64,000 bases of DNA from Eubacteriales bacterium (lineage in GTDB: Bacteria > Bacillota > Clostridia > Lachnospirales > JAVBJQ01), in assembly GCA_031546905.1 (NCBI GenBank), contig JAVBJQ010000006.1:94673-158672 (forward strand). The letters are read 5' to 3'. A program made the position numbers and the translations under genes. The notes below the pieces were generated by a model. It searched no databases, was not told the origin of the DNA, and saw only the letters and a list, made by a program, of their open reading frames with translations. Below are positions 46,192-55,699 of this stretch, piece after piece. Every line of letters begins with the position of its first letter. The first letter of the stretch is position 1.

Positions 46192-46779
46192 ATGAGTAAT
46201 TTAAAAGGAACAAAGACAGCGGAAAACTTGATGAAGGCGTATGCTGGGGAGAGCCAAGCGAGAAATAATTATACGTACTATTCAGGTGTTGCAAAAAAAG
46301 AAGGATTTGTTCAAATTGCAAACTTATTTTTGGAAACAGCGGAAAATGAAAAAGAACACGCCAAAATATTTTAAAAATTTTTAAATAATGCAGATTTAAA
46401 AGATGAAAAAGTGGCGATTGCCGCCGAGTTTCATGTGGGATTAGGAACCACCAAGGAAAATCTTCAATATGCTGCCAATGGTGAAAATGATGAATGGTCA
46501 AATCTTTACCCTACATTTGCAAACGTTGCAGAAGAAGAAGGGTTTAAGGCCATTGCAGTTGCTTTTCGAAAAATTGCAGCGGTAGAAAAACACCATGAAG
46601 AACGGTATAAAAAATTATTAGCCAATATTGAAAATGATACAGTATTTCAAAAGGATGCTCCCACACAATGGAAGTGTAATAACTGTGGTCACATCCATGA
46701 AGGCGACCATGCTCCTGAATTTTGTCCTGTATGTAGCCACCCAAAAGCTTATTTTGAAGTTCTGGCTGAAAATTATTAA
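46192..46779 (+). pseudogene. rbr: rubrerythrin interrupted by one in-frame TAA (46372-46374)
   Basis: ORFs 46159..46374 and 46411..46779 are in the same frame. Joined, they read ...NEKEHAKIF*KFLNN...[12 protein letters not shown]...[17 protein letters not shown], a full-length rubrerythrin with a C-terminal rubredoxin domain. Confidence 0.85.
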
Positions 46780-46812
46780 TTTCTCATTCATGTTAACTTA
46801 GTTTGATAAAAT

Positions 46813-46852
46813 AAAAAACTTCTCCTATTTTTCCCAATAGAAGAAGTTTTTT
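46813..46852. terminator. bidirectional terminator between rbr and cheB
   Basis: AAAAAACTTCTCCTATT pairs with AATAGAAGAAGTTTTTT (one mismatch). Confidence 0.75.
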
Positions 46853-46878
46853 TATTTGTAAATGATAGCTGTTAACCC

Positions 46879-47868
46879 CTATATCATATTCATTATTATG
46901 TTCGGAATTTTATCAAGAGGCGCTTGAATGTCAATGGCACCAATGTCAAAGGCAACTTTAGGCATCCCATAAACAATACTGGTAGCTTTGTCTTGCCCGA
47001 TATTTCTTGCACCACGTCTTTTCATTTCAAGGAGTCCCGCAGCACCGTCATTTCCCATACCAGTTAAAATAACACCGATAACATTTTTTCCCATAATAGG
47101 AGCAATAGAATTAAATAAAATATCGGCAGCAGGGCGGACCCCGTGAAGTTTTGGTTGGGCTTGAGAACATTCCACAGCAAGTTTAGAATCACGCTTTACC
47201 AGTGACATATGAAAATCACCAGGGGCAATTAAGGCAGTGCCTTTTTTTAGGTAGTCACCATTTTTGGCTTCTAACACTTCAAGTTTACAAAGTTTATTAA
47301 TTCGCTCCGCATAAAGTCTTGTAAAAACAGCAGGCATATGTTGTACGATTACAATAGGGGGAACTTTTTCTGGAAGGGCAGATAAAACAACTTGAAGTGC
47401 TTCGGTGCCACCAGTGGAAGCCGCCATGGCAATAATGACAGAAGAGGAATCTACTGTATCATGGAGATCTCTAAAAGTTAAATTTCTACCGATGCTAGTA
47501 AATTGGGCAATTCTATTTTTAATATCTGTCATCCAAAAATTGGTGAGGCTGGCAGGTTTTAAAACCATATCTTTTACGCCACTTTTCAGTAGTTCAAAGT
47601 GCTGACTCATGGTTTTGACAGCCAAAATAATAAAGACATTATTGTTTTCTAATAGCATTTTTAAAAAATTTGCGGTTAAGGGTTGGCCCTCGGTATCAAT
47701 AATAAGTACATTTTTAACATTTTTAAGAATGGAGGTTTGGGCGGTTAATAAGTTGGAAGTAGAACTTACTAAAAATTTTGGGTCCATCGCAAGATTGTTT
47801 TGTACATAATTTGAAAAATTAATTGAATTTGAAACTACAATAACTCTGCATTTAGCTAGGTCTGCCAT
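46879..47868 (-). CDS. cheB: protein-glutamate methylesterase CheB with an atypical receiver domain
   Basis: The catalytic Ser/His/Asp context is intact (AASTGGTEAL, VQHMP, GMGNDGA). The N-terminal REC-like domain has SN in place of the DD acidic pair. AAAGGAGG RBS before the ATG at 47868. Confidence 0.85.
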   Translation of the reverse strand: MADLAKCRVIVVSNSINFSNYVQNNLAMDPKFLVSSTSNLLTAQTSILKNVKNVLIIDTEGQPLTANFLKMLLENNNVFIILAVKTMSQHFELLKSGVKDMVLKPASLTNFWMTDIKNRIAQFTSIGRNLTFRDLHDTVDSSSVIIAMAASTGGTEALQVVLSALPEKVPPIVIVQHMPAVFTRLYAERINKLCKLEVLEAKNGDYLKKGTALIAPGDFHMSLVKRDSKLAVECSQAQPKLHGVRPAADILFNSIAPIMGKNVIGVILTGMGNDGAAGLLEMKRRGARNIGQDKATSIVYGMPKVAFDIGAIDIQAPLDKIPNIIMNMI

Positions 47869-48047
47869 CTGTTCTCCTCCTTTATTCATTCCTACCATTT
47901 CTTAAACTATAATAAAATTGATAATAATTTTATTATAGCAAACAATTTATAAAAGTGAAAGCTTAAAATAAATAAAACCACGGAAGCAGTAGCCTCCGCA
48001 GTTTATTGTGTTAAGCATCACTTTAGTATATCCAGTCCAGTTTACAT

Positions 48048-48701
48048 CTAACCAAACAATTTTTCATCCCGTTTTACAACAAAGGAAAGTCCCACCAAAC
48101 AAATAAAATAAACAATCATATTAAGTGGCGTAATAAACTGGGATGGAAGAGAACTATGTAAGGATAACGTACCAAAAATTAAAAATACAATGCCAGCAAT
48201 CCATTTAATGAGGCTGGGGGAAACATTTTTGGCAAGCCATGCGCCACCTAAAATACCAATTCCGTCTGCAATCAGCATACCAACGGTGGTTCCCATTAAA
48301 ATAAAAAGAGGTTTTGAACTTTCCGCCGCAATGGCAATGGTCATTAGTTGTGTTTTGTCTCCCATTTCTGCAATAAAAAATGCAATGGCAACGGTTACAA
48401 TAGGACCAAATTTACTTTTTTTATTTTCTTCTTCGTCTAGGCTGTCACCTCGAATAGTCCACAATCCAAAAATTAAAAAAGAAATTCCCGCCACAATTTT
48501 AATAATATTAAAATCAATAAAGCGATTTAAATAATTTCCCACCATAACGGCTAACGCATGGTTTAAAACAGTTGCAATGAAAACACCAATCATTACTTTC
48601 GAAGCTTTGTATTTACTAGCCATGGCTATGGCCAATAGCTGTGTTTTGTCACCCATTTCAGCAACAACCACCAAAAGCATCGCCTTAATAAACAAAGACA
48701 T
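48048..48701 (-). CDS. UPF0016 / GDT1 (TMEM165) family cation transporter
   Basis: Two E-x-G-D-K-T motifs (EMGDKTQLL and EMGDKTQLM) in an internally duplicated membrane protein. Confidence 0.8.
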   Translation of the reverse strand: MSLFIKAMLLVVVAEMGDKTQLLAIAMASKYKASKVMIGVFIATVLNHALAVMVGNYLNRFIDFNIIKIVAGISFLIFGLWTIRGDSLDEEENKKSKFGPIVTVAIAFFIAEMGDKTQLMTIAIAAESSKPLFILMGTTVGMLIADGIGILGGAWLAKNVSPSLIKWIAGIVFLIFGTLSLHSSLPSQFITPLNMIVYFICLVGLSFVVKRDEKLFG

Positions 48702-48833
48702 AATTCCCCTCCAAAGTGGCACCTAACATTTAGTAGGCTTAAAAATTTCCCTACCAGTTGTTGTAGCACCATAAAATAAATTTTATAATAAATTTTTTTC
48801 GAAAACAAAGTTTTATTAAGCAGGTTGCCTATC

Positions 48834-50699
48834 CTAATAGGAAGTTCGGTTTTTGCCCATACGTTTTGCTAAATATAAGTTGTTGTCAGCTCGTTTAAGA
48901 AGCGTAGCTGTGGTGTCTGTTGGAAGCACTTGTGCAACACCAAGGGAAATGGTAATGCTTCTATATTGGGGAAAAGCAAGTTCCTCAACTGCTTTTCGAA
49001 ATTTTTCTGCATCAAAAACAGCATTTTGTAACGTACAAGTAGGCATTAAAATTAAAAATTCCTCGCCACCCCAACGACTGATAAGGTCTGATTTTCTTAA
49101 AAGTGGTGTAAGGGCAGTCGTAACACTAATGAGAATTGTATCCCCCACATCATGACCGAAGGAGTCATTTAAAAATTTAAAATCATCAATATCCAGCAAA
49201 ATAACAGAAAACAATTGGTTATATTTTTTATACATAGAAAAAAGTGTATTCAACGTGTTTTGACCAAGAAGTCTATTGGGAATAGACGTTAAATGGTCTG
49301 TAGTAGAAAGTAACAGTAAATTTTCTTCTGCTTCTTTTCGGGCAATTACTTCTTCTTGCAGATTTTCGTTTAAGATGGTGAGTTGCTCTGTACGACGGTT
49401 AATTTCAAACTCCAAACTTTCCTTTAAATTTTCAAGAGACAAATGGGTGTTAAAGTAGCCTACTAGAAAATCATATTGAACAATGAGGCAAAGGAGAATA
49501 AATCCAGAAGCCAAATAGTAATTTAACAGTAAGGAAGGACTGTGAAAGGAAGTAAAAAAACTGATAGAAAGCACCATAATCCCCGCAATATTGAGAACGT
49601 TTTTATTAATTCCCGTGATGTAGTCATTCAAAATAAAAGCAGTAACAATGGTTAAGGTAATAATATTGGCATAAGACAACAATAAACCCAAAAACCAAAT
49701 AAATTGTAGGGGTAACACCAAAACAAGAATGCCATAGAGGACATAGAATAATTTTATTCCATAGGAAGCATAAGATATGCTTCTTTTCCGCTGGGTATAG
49801 TTATAAAAAAATAAAAAAGTAAATAAAAATCCAAATCCCAAGAAAATGTAGTAGGCTTTCATCATAATGCTACTGGGGATTTGGGAAAAAGCCAAGTAAA
49901 ACGGACTGTCCGTACAAATCAAAAAATTAATAAAGAAAAAAACACCTGCTCCAAATAAATAAATAACACTTTTGTTAGACCTTTTTGAAAAATATAAAAC
50001 CAGTAGTAAAAAGGAAACTAGCAATATGGTTGTCAAAAGAAACATACGAAAACTAGTAGATATACGCTTTGTTAGTTTAATATTGGTTTGATGTCCAAGG
50101 GAAGGTGCCCCTGAAAAGCCACCGTCGATATACTCATAGTTTGCTACTTGAATGACCACATCAAGTTTTTCATAGTGATCTTCCACATTTAACAAGTCAA
50201 AATAAAAAATGTCAGGTGTGATGGTAAAAGTGGTTTCATAATCTTTGGTAGAGGGGTGACCACTATCAAACAGAAGATGGTTGTTGGTATAGATGCGGAA
50301 TGCACTATATATTTTAGGCAAAACAATGGCCAAGGAGGTGTCGTCAGAATCTTTTATAATATGTAGTCGGTAGGTAGCAACCCCTTTTGCAGGGTATCCC
50401 ATTTTTGTCCAGGAATCTGTAATGTTTTGAGATGTTATTTTTTCAGGTGGGAGTTTATCAAATTCATTGGGGGTAAGTAGTTCTCCCCAACAAAAATCCC
50501 ACTGGCCATTTAATGTAAGGGGCCCTTGTTTTTCAAAACTCCAATTGTAGGCGTTAAAAAAACCACGGTCAGCCACTAATGTGTCTTGAACACGAAACGC
50601 AGGAACTTCCAGTATAGAGAGTAGGAACAATATAAATCCTGCTAAACCTAATAAACATAAATTTAGCAGTGAAAATTTTGGTAGTCTTATTTGAGACAT
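48834..50699 (-). CDS. 7TMR-DISM-type sensor diguanylate cyclase (GGDEF)
   Basis: N-terminal extracellular domain, seven TM helices, a coiled coil, and a GGDEF domain with RWGGEEF. Confidence 0.85.
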   Translation of the reverse strand: MSQIRLPKFSLLNLCLLGLAGFILFLLSILEVPAFRVQDTLVADRGFFNAYNWSFEKQGPLTLNGQWDFCWGELLTPNEFDKLPPEKITSQNITDSWTKMGYPAKGVATYRLHIIKDSDDTSLAIVLPKIYSAFRIYTNNHLLFDSGHPSTKDYETTFTITPDIFYFDLLNVEDHYEKLDVVIQVANYEYIDGGFSGAPSLGHQTNIKLTKRISTSFRMFLLTTILLVSFLLLVLYFSKRSNKSVIYLFGAGVFFFINFLICTDSPFYLAFSQIPSSIMMKAYYIFLGFGFLFTFLFFYNYTQRKRSISYASYGIKLFYVLYGILVLVLPLQFIWFLGLLLSYANIITLTIVTAFILNDYITGINKNVLNIAGIMVLSISFFTSFHSPSLLLNYYLASGFILLCLIVQYDFLVGYFNTHLSLENLKESLEFEINRRTEQLTILNENLQEEVIARKEAEENLLLLSTTDHLTSIPNRLLGQNTLNTLFSMYKKYNQLFSVILLDIDDFKFLNDSFGHDVGDTILISVTTALTPLLRKSDLISRWGGEEFLILMPTCTLQNAVFDAEKFRKAVEELAFPQYRSITISLGVAQVLPTDTTATLLKRADNNLYLAKRMGKNRTSY

Positions 50700-50962
50700 T
50701 TATCAATCACCATCCATTGTTATTGGTTTTATAAAAGAAGTTCTGAAATTAGGGGGATACTTTTATGTTGTAAAAAAATGATTTTAGTTATCAAGTGTAA
50801 TAATTGTAGTAGTAAAGGGCAAAAGGCAACACAGTACCTTACTCAGTATATTATCATATTTACAAAATTTTTAAAAGCGGTTTGTATTTTAATCCTATGA
50901 TTATTTTTTTATAAAAGCAGTTTCGTATGATATAATAGACTTAACAAAAAGGAGGTTTTAAA

Positions 50963-52018
50963 ATGGGAAAAATAATTCAGGTTGGAATTGTTGGTTATGG
51001 TTTATCAGGAAGGGTTTTTCATGCACCATTTATTGTTTGTGACAATCGCTTTTTTCTCAAAAAAGTAGTAGAAAGAACAACCTCAAATGCCAAGGAAAGA
51101 TATCCCTTTGTGGAAGTGGTAAGAAGTTTTGACGAACTGCTTTTAGACAAGGAATTAGATTTAATTATTTTAGGAACTCCAACAGACACTCATTTTGAAA
51201 TGGCAAAAAAGGCAATGGAAGCAGGCAAAAATGTTATTATTGACAAACCGTTTACGTCAACATCGGAAGAAGCAGATGGATTAATTGAAATTTCAAAACA
51301 AACAGGAAAACTGTTAAGCGTATATCAAAACCGTAGATACGACGGGGATTTTAAAACCATACAAAAAATAATTGAAAATGGATATTTGGGAGAAGTTTTA
51401 GAATTTGAATCTCACTTTGACAGGTATGCGCTTTCAAAAAGTAAAAAGGAATGGAAGGAAGTAGACAAAAAAGGCAATGGGTTAATATATGATTTGGGAA
51501 CTCACTTGGTGGATCAAGCCGTAACACTGTTTGGGGTGCCAAATGAAATTTATGCAGATTTAAGATGTTTGCGAGATGGCTGCCAAATTAATGATGCCTT
51601 TGAAATTATTTTATATTATCAAAATAACCTAAAAGCAATTTTAAAAGCCAGCTTAGTGGTAAAGGAACACGACTTACGATTTGCTGTTCATGGAAGAAAT
51701 GGTTCTTACATAAAAAATGGTATTGATATTCAAGAAGATGTGTTGAATAGCGGTGCTATGCCAAATGAAGCATACTGGGGAGAAGAAGACCCAAAAAATT
51801 GGGGCGTTCTACAGGCAGAAATCAATGGCTTAGGCTTTTATGGAAAAATTAAAACCATGGCAGGAAATTATGCAGTATATTACGACAATATTTATAAAGT
51901 AATGACAGAAGATGCAGAACTTGATGTGAAACCATCCCAAGCACGAAATGTAATCAAACTAATAGAGTTAGCAGAAGAAAGTAATCAAGTAAAATCAAGG
52001 TTAAAAGTGGAATTATAA
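50963..52018 (+). CDS. Gfo/Idh/MocA-family oxidoreductase
   Basis: VGIVGYGLSGRVFHAPF Rossmann N-terminus, 351 aa. Confidence 0.85.
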   Translation: MGKIIQVGIVGYGLSGRVFHAPFIVCDNRFFLKKVVERTTSNAKERYPFVEVVRSFDELLLDKELDLIILGTPTDTHFEMAKKAMEAGKNVIIDKPFTSTSEEADGLIEISKQTGKLLSVYQNRRYDGDFKTIQKIIENGYLGEVLEFESHFDRYALSKSKKEWKEVDKKGNGLIYDLGTHLVDQAVTLFGVPNEIYADLRCLRDGCQINDAFEIILYYQNNLKAILKASLVVKEHDLRFAVHGRNGSYIKNGIDIQEDVLNSGAMPNEAYWGEEDPKNWGVLQAEINGLGFYGKIKTMAGNYAVYYDNIYKVMTEDAELDVKPSQARNVIKLIELAEESNQVKSRLKVEL

Positions 52019-52045
52019 AAAAATAAAGTAGGGTAATTTTATTTT

Positions 52046-52492
52046 TTGCAAGGGAGGATGAGTGGCATAGAAAAATATAGGATAGAAGAATGTAAACAGG
52101 AAGATGGAAACTATATAGTGAATAAATTGGTAGAGTACAATTTGTCACAAGTGCCAGCCATGCAGGAATATAACTTTAAGAATGTCAGCAGAAAAATTGT
52201 GAATGGTGATGGGGAAATTTTAGCAGGGGTTTTAGGGAAGATGAATGCTTGGAATTGCCTGCATATCGATATATTGTGGGTTGACAAAGCATTTCGAAAG
52301 CAAGGATTGGGTTCAAAAGTTTTAAATGAAGTGGAAAGAATATCAAAAGAGAGCGGATGCTATTTAGTACATTTAGATACGTTCGATTTTCAAGCAAAAG
52401 ATTTTTATGTAAAGCATGGATATGAGATATTTGGCATTTTAGATGACTGTCCAGTAGGACATAAAAAATATTTTTTAAAAAAATTTTTGTGA
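52046..52492 (+). CDS. GNAT-family N-acetyltransferase
   Basis: WVDKAFRKQGLGSKVL...YVKHGYE acetyl-CoA motif. The start codon is uncertain. Confidence 0.75.
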   Translation: MQGRMSGIEKYRIEECKQEDGNYIVNKLVEYNLSQVPAMQEYNFKNVSRKIVNGDGEILAGVLGKMNAWNCLHIDILWVDKAFRKQGLGSKVLNEVERISKESGCYLVHLDTFDFQAKDFYVKHGYEIFGILDDCPVGHKKYFLKKFL

Positions 52493-52613
52493 TGATGGTA
52501 AAAACATTTGTTACACTTATTAGACTGGAGTTGTAGAATGTAAAAGACTTCTTAATCAAAGTCAAACAAATACAGCCGTTATGCTTATTGTGTGACGGTA
52601 GAAAGGAGCATAC

Positions 52614-52694
52614 ATGAGCAATAAATCTAAAATTACAGCACTATATGAGCCTTTAAGTCGTAATGATGAACTGACAACGACTTGGGACAATTGA
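52614..52694 (+). pseudogene. N-terminal stub of a large serine recombinase
   Basis: MSNKSKITALYEPLSRNDELTTTWDN* resembles the ...ITALYxRLSRDDE... N-terminus of TnpX/TndX-type recombinases. GAAAGGAG RBS. It stops after 26 codons. Confidence 0.45.
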
Positions 52695-52991
52695 TGGAGG
52701 AAGAAATGCAAAAAAATTATAGGCTCAATGTACTATGCTTTTGACATGAAAACGCTAATGGATAAAATTATTAAAGCGTTTTATGCTTAGCGTATTCAAA
52801 GACGAATTAGAGCAAATAGATTAGAGGTACATACAGAGATTGAGAAGTTGCTGATTGCGACTTCTTTTTTCTTTAGGTCATAACTATATTGAAATTACGT
52901 AGTGCCATATGGTAGAATTGTTTTATACGTTGCAGAACTTTTTATGAAAAGCTGTTGCGAATTTATATAATCAGTACATTAGGAGGCTTGT

Positions 52992-53552
52992 ATGAGCAAG
53001 AAAGAGATTGATACAGAAAAACTATATTATGGCTTTCCAATTTTTATGATTGGATATAAAGACAAAACTTATGAATATAACTTTACAACCGTTAGCTCCT
53101 CATACTCCCTTGGCAATATGCTTGTCATTGGCATTTATAAATTTGGAAATGCCATCAAGCAAATAAAAGATGCTAATTGTTTTACGGTTAATGTTCCAAA
53201 TGAAAATTTGATGAAAGAAATTGAAATAGGCGGCATAAATTCAGGAGAAGATAAATTTAAGATTGCTTCAAAGCTGAGTTATTCTATTTCTAACAAGATA
53301 GACGCACCAATTATTAATAACTGTATCCTAAATATTGAATGTGAAGTAATTCAAATCGTTGAATCCGATGAATTTCAAAATTATAGCAATATTATTGCAA
53401 AAATTAAAGGCAGACTTATTGATGAGGAACTTCTGAAAGACGGAATCATTACCCGTGAATCATTGAATCCAGTATTATATTTAGGAGATGGTTACAAGCG
53501 GTCATATAGATATTTAAACAATAAAATACATGATTTTGGAAGCTTTAGTTGA
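52992..53552 (+). CDS. flavin reductase-like (FMN-binding split-barrel) protein
   Basis: 186 aa. The pattern FPIFMIGYKD...NCFTVNVP...GGINSGEDKF resembles the Flavin_Reduct domain. Moderate certainty. Confidence 0.55.
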   Translation: MSKKEIDTEKLYYGFPIFMIGYKDKTYEYNFTTVSSSYSLGNMLVIGIYKFGNAIKQIKDANCFTVNVPNENLMKEIEIGGINSGEDKFKIASKLSYSISNKIDAPIINNCILNIECEVIQIVESDEFQNYSNIIAKIKGRLIDEELLKDGIITRESLNPVLYLGDGYKRSYRYLNNKIHDFGSFS

Positions 53553-53610
53553 TATAAGCTAATAAGTATAACGAGTTTATATAATCAGAAGTGCCTATTT
53601 GAAGTAAAAA

Positions 53611-53931
53611 ATGGAAAATATATATAAGATAAAGCCTTGTCCAAAATGTCAGCAGGGTTGGTTAGAAATAGGGAAGGATACTATAACAAATAGACTTGTC
53701 TTTACTTGTAGCGAATGTTCTACAGAATATTTGACGATTGAAGATATGTTAGGTAATCAAAATGGTAGTATTATAATAATCAAGATTATCAACGAATCGT
53801 ATGGGCTGCAAACACCGCAGTCCTTTTTCTTTACTCAGCGAGTATCTTTTGTCTTTCTTTTTTCTCTAAAACACAATCCTCTAAACGGCAAGTTGACACC
53901 GTTTGGGGGATTTTTATATAAATTTAATTAA
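53611..53931 (+). CDS. small zinc-ribbon protein; the 3' half of the ORF is probably not genuine
   Basis: CPKC...CSEC pairs lie in the first 40 aa. Beyond about residue 60 the frame runs through T-rich non-coding-looking DNA. Confidence 0.3.
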   Translation: MENIYKIKPCPKCQQGWLEIGKDTITNRLVFTCSECSTEYLTIEDMLGNQNGSIIIIKIINESYGLQTPQSFFFTQRVSFVFLFSLKHNPLNGKLTPFGGFLYKFN

Positions 53932-53951
53932 AATTACAAGGAGTGATTGCT

Positions 53952-54236
53952 ATGCAAGGAATCAAAGAATTATTAGGCATAGATGGCAAAAGTCTTTTGG
54001 CTCTTGAAGTCGAGCCACCGAAATTTATTGTATCACGTTTCTTGCCTATTGGTCTGCATATTCTTTCAGGAAGTGCAAAAATAGGCAAGTCGTGGCTGTC
54101 TTTGTGGTTGTGCCAACAAATATCACACGGCGAAAAAGTGTGTTTAATGCCCAAATCGTTACATGAGGTTAAACAAAACAAAAAGAGATTGATGGATAGA
54201 TGGATAACATCAAAACAAATGGCACAAGTACTTTAG
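53952..54236 (+). pseudogene. truncated AAA_25/RepA-like ATPase of conjugative elements
   Basis: LPIGLHILSGSAKIGKSWLSLWLCQQISHGEKV matches the Walker-A N-terminus of ICE AAA_25 proteins, but similarity ends after about 65 aa. Confidence 0.45.
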
Positions 54237-54385
54237 AAACGCAAAAGATTCCAAAATTTACACATAAAATCGGTGGCACAACCTATGAGGTACACGTTCA
54301 CTTTAGCAAGACAAGTAATGAGAGTATAAACGATAAAATACTACGCTTAACACAGAGCAATTGTAGAAATTTGGGAAAAATATAA
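54200..54385 (+). CDS. TnpW-like small transposon protein
   Basis: KIGGTTYEVHVHFSKTSNESINDKILRL resembles TnpW of Tn4451-family elements (recalled from memory). Confidence 0.4.
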   Translation: MDNIKTNGTSTLETQKIPKFTHKIGGTTYEVHVHFSKTSNESINDKILRLTQSNCRNLGKI

Positions 54386-54531
54386 ATTTTGATTAAAAAA
54401 TCCTTGACAACTAGTTGTGGGGGCTTGTACCGAGTCTTTTTTTCTTTGGGCTTACAAAGAAGGAACATAAAAAAGCTTGTGATAAACAAGGCATATAAAG
54501 AATAAGTATAGTTATATTGTTTTGAGAAATT

Positions 54532-55485
54532 TTGTTTCCAAGGAGTTCAATGATGAAAAAAAAATTTGCGTACATTTTATTTGCAGAACATCCCAACGAC
54601 ATTATTATAAAACCAAAAATAATAAAAAAACTTCCCCAAAGCATAATCCAAGCCTACATCAAAAAAAATAATCCTTATATAATGGAAGAAATAATAATTT
54701 GTCAGGAGGAAGGTTATAAAATAACATTGCCGGTGCTAGCTACAGACCACAAAGATTTTGTAGAAGAAATATTGGAGAAAACATTAGACCAACTAGCGGA
54801 AGACGGCGTGGAGTTAGTGGTAAAACCAAAAGAATCAGAAATAGATTTTCCAGACATAATAAACATCGCCAGCGGGAAGTATCACATTCCATTTTTGATA
54901 AATAAGGTTATGTCAAAAACCATTAAAACTACACACAAAAATATAAAGGATATAGAAGTTGCCATTATACATGACGATGACTGCTTAACAGATTGTTTCA
55001 TCGACAACATTTCAACAGAAGTAAATCATTTAACTATTTTAACCGAAAGTCCGGAGAGTTTCGAAGATGTCCGAGAGGAGCTATTATATGATTTAGGGCT
55101 TGATTTACAGTTGTTATCAAAAAACAAAGCAAACATGAAAATGGCAGACGTCGTAATTAACACAGGTTTCCATGATGAAAAATGGGATTATAACTTTAAG
55201 AATAAGGCAATTTATTTTGATTTAGGCAACAACACAGAAAAAATCAAACAGCTCTTACGAAAAAGAGAAGATATTTTGGTAGTAGACGGATTTAACATAA
55301 AGATGGCACAGGAAACCGTAAGTGTAGCAGATTTTGAACCTGCACTTTTTATAAAAAGCCGAGAATACAGAAATATTTTAACCAAAGGATATCAGTATGA
55401 AACTTGTAAAGCTGTAATCGAGACAGTGAATAGCCTTGATATAAAGGTACATTCATTTTGTAGATTAGGAAAAGCTTATTATTAG
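54532..55485 (+). CDS. hypothetical protein (about 311-317 aa), no recognisable motif
   Basis: Long ORF with normal codon appearance. The likely start is MMKKKF at 54550. Confidence 0.4.
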   Translation: MFPRSSMMKKKFAYILFAEHPNDIIIKPKIIKKLPQSIIQAYIKKNNPYIMEEIIICQEEGYKITLPVLATDHKDFVEEILEKTLDQLAEDGVELVVKPKESEIDFPDIINIASGKYHIPFLINKVMSKTIKTTHKNIKDIEVAIIHDDDCLTDCFIDNISTEVNHLTILTESPESFEDVREELLYDLGLDLQLLSKNKANMKMADVVINTGFHDEKWDYNFKNKAIYFDLGNNTEKIKQLLRKREDILVVDGFNIKMAQETVSVADFEPALFIKSREYRNILTKGYQYETCKAVIETVNSLDIKVHSFCRLGKAYY

Positions 55486-55568
55486 AAGGAATACAAAAGT
55501 CAAAGAAGCGCTTGGGTAAAACAGCATTGTCAGTATGGTTTTAAAAAAATGGCTTTAAAAAGGGTGTA

Positions 55569-55597
55569 TTGACAATAAAAGTATGCTAATATATAAT
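55569..55597 (+). promoter_or_regulatory. consensus sigma-A promoter of greA
   Basis: TTGACA (55569-55574), a 17-nt spacer, then TATAAT (55592-55597). Confidence 0.65.
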
Positions 55598-55699
55598 TTG
55601 AGAATTGACAACTGGCGTTATTTTATAGCGATGGAATGACTAATCTTAACAGCGATAATATGTATTTTTCGTACTATTTAATTGATGGAGGGGCACAAA

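Larger units (their letters stand above)
52560..54490. mobile_element. decayed remnant of a Clostridial conjugative/mobilisable transposon (Tn4451/CTn-like)
   Basis: Contains a 26-codon serine-recombinase N-terminal stub, a truncated AAA_25-type ATPase N-terminus fused by deletion to a TnpW-like ORF, and cargo-like genes. No intact recombinase is present. Confidence 0.45.

Noticed and set aside
46372-46374. Recoding (selenocysteine or pyrrolysine) at the rubrerythrin in-frame stop.
   Set aside because: The codon is TAA, not TGA or TAG, and no SECIS-like hairpin follows.
48702-48833. Possible yybP-ykoY (Mn2+) riboswitch in front of the UPF0016/GDT1 transporter, a common association.
   Set aside because: The ~130-nt leader lacks the conserved GGGGAGTAG / TTGACA-type core blocks I would expect, and only a short generic hairpin is visible. 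An Infernal scan would be decisive.
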